Under the pieces are notes generated by a model, which saw nothing but the letters and a program-made list of their open reading frames with translations, was not told the DNA's origin and searched no databases. This document shows, one piece after another, positions 54,668 to 64,000 of a DNA stretch of 64,000 bases. Each line of letters opens with the position of its first letter. Position 1 is the stretch's first letter. Location: contig CM119269.1 in the NCBI GenBank assembly GCA_051294375.1, forward strand, positions 18,116,410 through 18,180,409. Direction: 5' to 3'. This DNA comes from Paraspadella gotoi (taxonomy: Eukaryota; Animalia; Chaetognatha). Both the position numbers and the translations under genes were made by a program.

Positions 54668-57600
54668 ATGGCTTGGTTGGGAAAATGCGGAATGCTGTGG
54701 CATGGCAGAGAGGCATGGCGAAGCCGAAACGTTGGTTATGGCGAGGAGAATTTCCCTGCGTCGACGGAAGAGACGATGTCAACGACGAAGGCGGATAAAG
54801 GAGATTCCGTTTCAATGGCGAGAAATTATTTTCTTTCTTTTTTTTCATGATTGACTTCTTGTCCATTGTCTTGTATTTTATGGAATTATTTAAAATAAAG
54901 ATGGAATAACTTTGTTCTGTTGGTCGTTCTGTTGGTCGTTTCTTTTTGGTTCACCCTATATTTGAGTCTGGCTCGAATCAAAGAACCTAACCTCAAAGAA
55001 TTAAATCGAGCGTTCCGAAACAACAACTTGTCGAGTTCTACAAAATGTTTCACTTTGAATCCTTAAGGAGGCGTGGCTTCTTGGTCGTGTGGATAAGGCG
55101 TTCGACTCGTGGTCCGTCTACGTTATCGTCGTCGTCGTCGCCTTCGTCTTGACCGTCGCCATTTGCGTCACCAACGCCGTCTTCGTTTACCTCTTGGCAG
55201 TAATTATATAATTTTTTTTTTTCGACGCTACTTTTTAAGTAGTCATTTGTTGTTTTTGTTGTGTTAGCAGTTACATATTGCTTTTTAAATTAAATTCAAA
55301 ACCTTGAAAGGATCTCATAATATTTATAATTTGTATATATTACAATCTTACCCGAATCGGACTAACTTTAAAAGAGTTATATATCTCTTGATTGTAAATA
55401 TCAATAAATATTGTCAAAAGAAAATACTATGAAACAGTCCGTTGTCGCCGATATATTACATCCGCGTTTCAGGGGATCAAACGTCGGCGACGACGTCCGA
55501 CCAATTTGTTCGTGTTGTGTCTCTGCGTGGCCGATCTTCTCGTCGGAGTAGCTTTTCCCTTCACCGTTTTCGCTCAGGTCAGCGACAGACGCGTTTCATA
55601 TTTATATATTAAATACTGAGTAAACATTGAGTGACTGTGGTGGGTTAACGCCTGCATCCCTCTGTTATCGTTGATGCTTTAGCGCCGTTGGATAAAGCGA
55701 TTCCGTCTGTCAGTGGCGTAATAGCGAATTCGGCTAACGATTTACCTCTGGGTTGCCATCCCTGGTTGAATGGTTTCTTGCTAAAGATCAAAATCACCGG
55801 TAATATGAAAAAAGCTCAGCAACTGACAGAAAAATCTCTCAGTCGTACTTAGTATATACTAAGTTTGGGGGGGGGCTATCCACATCCCACAACGTCAGAG
55901 GGGGCACGGCGACCCCCTCTCCTCTCGGTCACTTTATATCAAATTATATGTCCAATATATCCAATTGTATATCAAATTATATATCCGACTATATCACAAC
56001 TCCAGGTTCACCCTTACTCGCGAATCCTCCGCCCTTGGTTCAACTGCCTCCTTCCTTCCGCGCTTTACATGACTTCTTGCTCAGCGTCCATTGCCAGTAT
56101 CACTCTGATCGCAATCGACAGGTTTGTCAGTTTGTTTATTACTCGCTCGATCCTTTCATTTCTGGCTTTCTTTCTTTCTTCTTTCCTTCTTTAAAAAGAC
56201 GGCTATAGTCTTTGCTTTGGCGGTGACTTACATTTCTGTCTCTCTGTTCTTCTCTCCGCAAATCTGCCTGTCTGTCAGGGCTTAATATACGTATATAGAT
56301 ATAGATATTATAAAGTAAAATAAGAAAATTAAATTTGTTACGGAAAAACGTATCAATTTTGTACCTTGCGGAGGCGAGTAGGAAGAGGAGGAGGATAAAA
56401 TGGAGGAGGCGTTGAGGCAAAATAATAAAAGCCTTGACTTATGTTTCAGTCAAAGACTGGAATCTTTTTTCTGTCTCAATTTTTCAACCAGAGGGGTCGC
56501 CATCTTGGCGCCGCTTCGCCATCATCACCTCTTGACGCCGCGCCGCGCCGCCTTCGCCGTCGGCGCCGTGTGGTTTGTGGCGGCGTCGATGGGCGGCGTC
56601 GTCTTCGCTTGGAACCGAAGATGGAACCAAAATTTGGAGATGAAAAATAATGAATTAGGTGAGGGCGAAGACGACAAGTACAAATGCGCGGACAACAAGT
56701 ACAGAGCAAAAACAAACTTTTTGCCAATTAAGCGATGACCACGTCTACAAAAATATGGTCTTATTAAACAGGCTTTTTTACTCTCCAATTTAACAATAAA
56801 ACCAAGAAGCAGAGTCAATATTTTTTTTTTCGAGCACCTAATTATTATCTTTTCTTTCTTTCGTTCTCTCTTTCTCTCTCTCTTTCTATCTCTCTTTCTT
56901 TCTTCTACGAGGTTTCTCGTTTAGTTTACAGTACCTTCGTAAGTACCTAGTATAGTTATGACGTCCGAGTTTTCATGCCGATTTACGAGTTTTCCGCCAA
57001 TTTCAGGATTTAATCTCACCAGCTTTGGTGACGACGATGACGTCGTCAATGACGACGACGACGCCGCCGTCGTTTTGTCTCGTAAATGCAGCTTTGTTAA
57101 GTTCGTGTCTCCCTCTTACCTCAAATTTACGTTGGGATTTTTTTCGTGCCCGTTCATTGCGGTCACAGTAGGTATATAATTATAAACGTTAAATCTTTTG
57201 TCGGCATTAAAATTTCGGGTTGTTGTTTGTTTTTGTTTTTAGTAACGCCGAGAGTACTCGCGGAGCAACTCTATAAGTCACTTTTTCGGTCGGTCCGTCG
57301 GTCTGTGAGTATATCTGTCCGTCGGTCTGTCCCATTTACGTTAAAAATGCATATAATTTGCCTATAGTTGGTTGCTCATTTGTTAAGACAGAAAAAAAGG
57401 ATTGCTAGCGTCGCCTTCAGGAATTCCTATAAGGAATTAAAAAAAAAATTTTGTGCGGTGTATGTCATACATACACGGGCAAAGAAAGTTTTTTAGNNNN
57501 NNNNNNCCTTCAGGAATTCCTAAAAGGAATTTAAAAAAAATTTTGTGCGGTGTATGTCATACATACACGGGAAAAGAAAGTTTTTTAGTCCTGTCATGTC

Positions 57601-59748
57601 ATATCATATCATGTGATCAAAGTGAAAAACATATGAAAATAAAGTCACTGCGCCGCAACACATTGGAATTACCGTTCTTTTATATATACAAATATATGTT
57701 TAACGTATGCTAATTGATGCATTTATTCCCTGTTGTATGTCATTATTTGTCGTCAGTATATTTTACTTATTGACCTAAATTTTTGGGCATTATTGGTATA
57801 ATTGATTGATATAATTGATTGGTGGAATTATGGATTGATTAATAGATTGAATACTTTAGAAAATTAAAAGTGGTCGATTTATTTATTGAACTTCGGTTAA
57901 TTTATTGATTTAAATAGAAATCGATTTAGTTAATTGATTTATTGATGGATTGTTTACTTCAAGGGATCTANNNNNNNNNNNNNNNNNNNNNNNNNNNNNN
58001 NNNNNNNNNNNNNNNNNNNNNNNNNNNNNNNNNNNNNNNNNNNNNNNNNNNNNNNNNNNNNNNNNNNNNNNNNNNNNNNNNNNNNNNNNNNNNNNNNNNN
58101 NNNNNNNNNNNNNNNNNNNNNNNNNNNNNNNNNNNNNNNNNNNNNNNNNNNNNNNNNNNNNNNNNNNNNNNNNNNNNNNNNNNNNNNNNNNNNNNNNNNN
58201 NNNNNNNNNNNNNNNNNNNNNNNNNNNNNNNNNNNNNNNNNNNNNNNNNNNNNNNNNNNNNNNNNNNNNNNNNNNNNNNNNNNNNNNNNNNNNNNNNNNN
58301 NNNNNNNNNNNNNNNNNNNNNNNNNNNNNNAGATAGCGGCGTCACGAGTAGCGCCGGAAGTATAAAGGCCTGCTCCGAAAGTATTGCTGGAAATGGCGCC
58401 GCAGNNNNNNNNNNTCGGCCGCGTGGCTTGCCTTCAGCGTAGTCGAGTCGACGCCGAAGAATCTTTGGTTCGCGACCGATTCCATCACCGAGGAAGTCGA
58501 GGCAAAAGCGGCGTCGAAAGTCTCGTAGATAGCGGCGTCACGAGTAGCGCCGGAAGTATAAAGGCCCGCTCCGAAATTATTGCAGGAAATGGCGCCGCAG
58601 TTTCCGTAAAAGTTGGCGCTGAAAAAGACGTTATCGTCAGGGGTCCCACGAGACGAGTGTCGCGCGACGCCGCCGCTGGGAAAGCTGCCGCCGCCGAGAA
58701 GTGCGTCGACGGCGGGGAAAAAGCCAAAAATTGCCCCAATGGCGGCAGCGTCGAAAGCGCCGGCAGAACAGGCAGCGNNNNNNNNNNNNNNNNNNNNNNN
58801 NNNNNNNNNNNNNNNNNNNNNNNNNNNNNNNNNNNNNNNNNNNNNNNNNNNNNNNNNNNNNNNNNNNNNNNNNNNNNNNNNNNNNNNNNNNNNNNNNNNN
58901 NNNNNNNNNNNNNNNNNNNNNNNNNNNNNNNNNNNNNNNNNNNNNNNNNNNNNNNNNNNNNNNNNNNNNNNNNNNNNNNNNNNNNNNNNNNNNNNNNNNN
59001 NNNNNNNNNNNNNNNNNNNNNNNNNNNNNNNNNNNNNNNNNNNNNNNNNNNNNNNNNNNNNNNNNNNNNNNNNNNNNNNNNNNNNNNNNNNNNNNNNNNN
59101 NNNNNNNNATGAATCATCGGGTGAGGAAATGCTGAGGGAACATGGCGGAGTTGTACCTGATGAGTGTGACGTAAGGTTCTACGCTCGTCTCCAAATCGAT
59201 TTCTTCATTTTTCTTTTTTCTTTCCCATCATTTTTGGCTAATTAATTTCATTCTATATCGATTCTTTTTCTTTCCCCCTTTTCCTCTCTGATCTTTTTTG
59301 CAATATTTTATCGTTTTTGCTCTTCCCTCACTCTTGCCTTTTCATCTCGATATCATTTCGTCCTCTCCTCTCCCAATCTTTTCTTTCTCTATTTTCTTTC
59401 TTTGTCTATTCTCAGTTTCATCTTTCTTTCTCTCCCCACAATTTGTTTCCTCTCTATTCGTCTTACACTTCTCCCACATCTTCCCTTCTTCTCTGCTGTC
59501 TTCTCTTTATTTCACTTCCCTTTCCCTGTTTATACATTTCTCTCTTCCTCCTTTACCCCTTTTTCCTACCTTCTTTCTCTTTTCTTTCTTTTTCCCAACC
59601 ATTCCTTTTCCTCTCTTTTTCCCCTCTTCCCAATCTCCTCTCGACAGGCGACGATCACCAGCGCCATCGTCATCGGCGTCTTTCTCGTCACGTGGCTTCC
59701 GTTGTTCGTCGCCGTCGCCGTCACGGACGACCAGTCTCCAGGTTTTAA

Positions 59749-59780
<32 letters not shown>

Positions 59781-60547
59781 NNNNNNNNNNNNNNNNNNNN
59801 NNNNNNNNNNNNNNNNNNNNNNNNNNNNNNNNNNNNNNNNNNNNNNNNNNNNNNNNNNNNNNNNNNNNNNNNNNNNNNNNNNNNNNNNNNNNNNNNNNNN
59901 NNNNNNNNNNNNNNNNNNNNNNNNNNNNNNNNNNNNNNNNNNNNNNNNNNNNNNNNNNNNNNNNNNNNNNNNNNNNNNNNNNNNNNNNNNNNNNNCATTT
60001 TCTCTTTTCTTTCTCTATTACCATTTACCTAATGGATTGCCCTTAATTTCCAGAGATGGAACTGACCCGATTGGTTTTCACTTTTCTCGCCGCCAGCAAC
60101 TCCATCATGAACCCAATCATCTACGGACTCAGGTGAATTCATTTGTCTCTAAGTTTAAATTTTCATCATTGAATCGACTGCGAAAAACTGGCTCTCTTTT
60201 CCAAAAGAGCCCCATTTTTTATCCTAACCCTAATCATTAATCTAACCCGATACCCTATTCCTTAACATGATCCATAACCTAATCTTTAAAGTTAAAAACT
60301 AACTTGAACCCAAAGATAAGATAAAATGATGCCTTTCGGGCAAAAAAGGTTGAGAAATTCTCCTCTAACAATCAGGAACAACGAAGTAAGAACTACATTG
60401 AATCGTTGGCTTTCGAAATTCAACTGGAGACGAAAAACGAAAATCGACGAAAATTCGGGTGAAAAAAGAAAAAACTCGGTTTTTTGCATCTTGGATTCTC
60501 GGCGACGAAATCGGAGGGAGACTCAACAGAATTTGCCCAAATTTTGA
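54668..60547 (+). CDS. Class A (rhodopsin-family) GPCR; exons ~54668-54817 (tentative), 55068-55199, 55473-55577, 56006-56121, 56492-56658, 57007-~57171, gap-interrupted ICL3 (~58331-58777), 59648-59741, 60054-60132, 60376-60547
   Basis: TM1 ...ICVTNAVFV; TM2 PTNLFVLCLCVADLLVG; TM3 SASIASITLIAIDR; TM4 VGAVWFV; TM6 IVIGVFLVTWLPLFV; TM7 NSIMNPIIYGLRN. Phases match where visible. Confidence 0.85.
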
Positions 60548-60663
60548 GTCGATGTGCTTTTGTTTTTTTAGATTTTTCTAGCTTTGATTTGGTTTGGTTT
60601 TGTTTTTTTGTCCTCTGCAACTTTATTCTTACTGTTACTTACTGAGAGAGAAAGAGAGAGAGA

Positions 60664-60710
<47 letters not shown>

Positions 60711-60968
60711 CCTAACTCAGTCACAAAGGTAAAAACTCTCGTTCACTCACAATTTTGTTTATTCTTTCAGCTTAACTTAAAATTCTTGTGGCACAATAAA
60801 AAAACTGGAACATAATTTTGCAATGACAAAATATATAAAATTTAAAAAAATAAAAGAAAACGCTAACAGTAAAAAAAAATAGGTCCATTGTTCATTTGTT
60901 CGTTGTCTTTTTATCATTTTCTCCTCGGCAGGAGCGTTCTCTTTACATTTAGAGGAACAATTTTATTT

Positions 60969-62117
60969 TTAAACTCTTTGATAAGCAGGCACTTCGAGGT
61001 TTTCCAGAGGAACGTTGCATTTCCCGCTGACCATGACGTGGCTCCTGTGCATCTTGGGCCAGGCATTCTTGGTGCTGACGGTGTGCTTGACCCAGCAGGA
61101 GCCGGACACGACGTCGAAGGTATAGCCTGAGTTAGGAAGTGGGTAATATGAATCAGGGTGGGAGTAAGAAATTGGAAATAAAAAAATGAAAACAAAAGAT
61201 TAGATTAACTTGTCTTTTTGCTCTTTATTTTTCTCGTTGTCTCTCGACCACTCTCTCTATCTCCACATCACTTTTTCTTCTGTTCTCTGTCTCCCTCTTT
61301 CCCTCACCCATGCAGTATTCCGTGTGGAGGCAAGTCTGCTGGCAAGAGACGAGGCTCTCGACGAAGTGCCTGTAGATGTCGTTGCCGGGATACTCGACGT
61401 CGTTCTCGTGATTGCAGATGGTGCACCTGCCAGAAATCATTCCGCGGGTCTGGATGCGCTGTTGAAGGTCCATTTTGGTCTTGAGGAGACACTGCTCAGT
61501 CAGGGGAATGTAAGTGAAGCCTGTTGGTGAAGGGGCGGAGAGGAGAGGAGAAGTGGGGTTAATAGGGTGAGGCCAATTCGTCTCTCCTTTCACCCAGCTA
61601 TATCTTTTGGGTCCGTTTTTTTTTCTTATATTCGGCGATGTGTCCCAATACACTTTGAAATCTTGTCGCAATCTACCTAAGCAACGCGGCTCGTCGTGGC
61701 ATTTCTGCTGGCAGACGTTCGTGTCCTTGATTTCAGTGATGACGTTCAACACGTTGCCCGGATAATCGTAGCCTAACTCGTAGGTGCAGTAAAGCTGCCC
61801 TGGAAAATGAGAGAATCGATTTTCTGAGGCGAAAGTTTTTTTTTTCTTTTTCATCTACTGTATGCAATTTATTGTTTGTATTAAACAAAACTTAATGGAG
61901 CTTAGACCGGGATGGACCGGGTCAAGCTACAATCCAAGAAAGTAACTACCTGTAGAGAGCGCAATAAAATTTCCCTGTGCGCAAAACGCCCCATAAAAGA
62001 TAGAGAATCGCTTTCTACGAAATCATATATATATATCAACGACCAAAAGCTGAAGCCAAATTTACCCTGCGAGACGGCGACGAGGCCGGCGATCACGGCG
62101 AACACCAACGAATTCAT
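60969..62117 (-). CDS. Small secreted protein with two PAN/apple domains (181 aa); exons 62117-62066, 61799-61677, 61520-61308, 61126-60969
   Basis: Signal peptide MNSLVFAVIAGLVAVSQG. Two repeats of C....(D/E)YPGN.....CQQ.C....C.G(F/Y)T(Y/F)......C..K....SG.C. All introns are phase 1 GT-AG. Confidence 0.88.
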
Positions 62118-62640
62118 CTTTTCTCAGAAATGGAGGAAAACGGGATTTTTGGAAGCAACAGGTATTTGAGCAGTGGCGAGACCGGCACCCGACCCGAGCT
62201 TTTATAATGGAATAGCCTCGTTGTTGTTGTTGTTGTTTTGGTGGTCGATCACAGTGCATTGTGTCCTCAAGATAAGATATTGCTGGAATCGCTGGCAAAA
62301 ATTTAAAGAAAATAAAAAGAACTTCTCACGTCTAAATCAGACTAAGTCAATCCAAAGGACGATGAAAACTTTGGATAACAATTTAAGCCTTTCTTTGGTG
62401 ACTCCGATAAAACCATGTTTATCTGAATATTTATCCGACATTTTATTCGAACAAACGGTTAGAAAATCACTGTGCTGAACCGTCTCTCTCTTCAAACATA
62501 GCTGACTAAGGGAATACAAGATTTTTAAAAAAGAAAAGATCTCAATTTGAAGATTAGAATTGTTCGACCGACAATGCCCTTTAGATCTGGTGACTTATAC
62601 ATCGAAGTGATCAAGATTGTAATTTAAGTATAATAAAAGA

Positions 62641-63582
62641 CAAGCTTTCACCTGCCTATTTTTTTTAAAGAGAGAGACCATATTTCATTTTTAATTACGT
62701 TTTTATTATATTCACCGGTTTTTGCTGGCAGCTTCTTTCGAATGTTAAAAAAATTCAAATTGGCCAATAACATGATGTTTAATGATTAATGATTTAATTT
62801 AATTTAATTTAATGATTGTCTGACTCCAACCGACGGTGAACTTGCCTCTTTTTTTGCGCCGAATCAGATTTTTTTTTCATATCGGACATCACGATAGTGG
62901 GAATGCGCAGGTTATTAGATATTTCTCTCAAGATTGAATTAAAAGTTTGCGAGGTAGATTGAATTAATCCTATCAATAGTTTATACTGTGTATAATGAAT
63001 ATACGAAGAAACGCAGGCAAAAAAGAAAAAAAAGTATGGTATTAGCATAAAAAAAAATTTGTAGTCCACATGACCTAACTAAAAGACCAAGGCATAGGCA
63101 TAGATTTAAAAAAAAAGTAAGTTGAAGAGATTTTGAAGAGTGAGTGGTTAATGGGTACTTGGGAAGATGAACAAAAAGGTTAACTAGAAAATATACATGA
63201 AATAAAAAAAAACTTGATAAGAAGAGAAAAATGATGCAAATTTGTTTGGGGTTTTTATAATGTTATTGAGAAATAATATTTTCAGTGATATTTGACATGC
63301 ATTTTTATAAGCTTATCTTATGGAAACAACATGAGTTGACAGAAACCATATTCTTAACTTTGCTTTAACAAGCTTTCAGCTTCACCTGCCTATTTTTTTA
63401 AAGATACGGGAGACCATATTTTATTACATCCTTATTATATCCACCGGTTTTTGAATGTTAAAAAAATTCAAATTGGCCATAAACATGAGTTTTAACGATT
63501 GTCTGACTCCAAGCAACGGTGAACTTGCCTCTTTTTTTTTGCACCGAATCAGATTTTTTTTCATATCGGACTTAACGATAGC
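62641..63582 (+). repeat. Diverged direct repeat of ~220-260 bp (62641-62898 and 63369-63582)
   Basis: Shared TTCACCTGCCTATTTTTTT, AATGTTAAAAAAATTCAAATTGGCCA and GATTGTCTGACTCCAA..ACGGTGAACTTGCCTC...CCGAATCAGATTTTTTTTCATATCGGAC. Confidence 0.8.
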
Positions 63583-63717
63583 GGACGTATCAGACAAATC
63601 AAAGGTTGAACAAACCACATTTTGCTATTTCAGCTTCAATAGTATCATCATTAAAACCATATTATTTTGTTAATGATGTCGATTACAGAAATTAACATTA
63701 AGAAATTATTTATCATG

Positions 63718-63912
63718 TTGTAGCGGTAGTATTTCATACCTCGCTACTCGTCTGAGAATCCGCATCACCTATGGCGCCGGAGTTAGAATGAGCTCCTCCC
63801 AACCCAAAAGACTCGGGTTCGCGCCCAGCTGATTTACAGAAGTAAAAGCGGGACGGGGCCTCCAACCCACCTGTAATGACGCACTACATCCCGAACCGAA
63901 GTTCGAGACCTT
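63718..63912 (+). mobile_element. Diverged relative of the tRNA-derived SINE-like family
   Basis: TGGCGCCGGAG...CCTCCCAACCCAAAAG...GGGTTCGCGCCC...GGGACGGGGC...AACCCACCTGTAA...CCGAAG aligns in order with the 48.6-kb copy. Confidence 0.65.
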
Positions 63913-64000
63913 GTGTGCAACGGCCGGTGAACTGTTCGCGGCATCGTCTTCCACAATGTAGATATTTTAAAATCTAAACAAATTAATAAAATATATATAT

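Noticed and set aside
55068-55120. tRNA-Arg-like look (TGGTCGTGTGGATAAGGCGTTCGACT)
   Set aside because: No cloverleaf or T-arm. It reads in frame as the GPCR exon leading into TM1.
57414-57588. ~80-bp direct repeat either side of a 10-N gap
   Set aside because: Typical contig-end overlap left uncollapsed.

Overview
Draft-assembly window from an intron-rich invertebrate animal genome: AT-rich introns, GC-rich exons, many (GA)n microsatellites and N gaps. Manual splicing supports six genes. (1) The 3' part of sorting nexin-16 (+). (2) A GH18 chitinase with a C-terminal CBM14 domain (+). (3) A 33-exon, ~1,700-aa secreted mosaic protein (-, 53943 to 24933) with the order signal peptide, C-type lectin, Kunitz, sushi, C-type lectin, ~650-aa unassigned region, sushi-like repeats, C-type lectin; the model uses three GC-AG introns. 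(4) An SLC16/MCT transporter nested on the same strand inside an intron of that gene. (5) A multi-exon class A GPCR (+). (6) A small secreted two-apple(PAN)-domain protein (-). Two large inverted duplications (10.8-26.0 kb and 38.1-50.0 kb) each have a 25-N gap near the centre and a frameshift-riddled left arm; they are most likely gap-filling artefacts. Mobile or structured elements include a highly structured tRNA-derived SINE-like family, a Penelope-type minimal hammerhead motif, a CAC...GTG foldback transposon with an RSS-like end and 4-bp TSD, and a Tc1/mariner-type MITE. All calls come from reading the sequence; no searches or folding programs were run.
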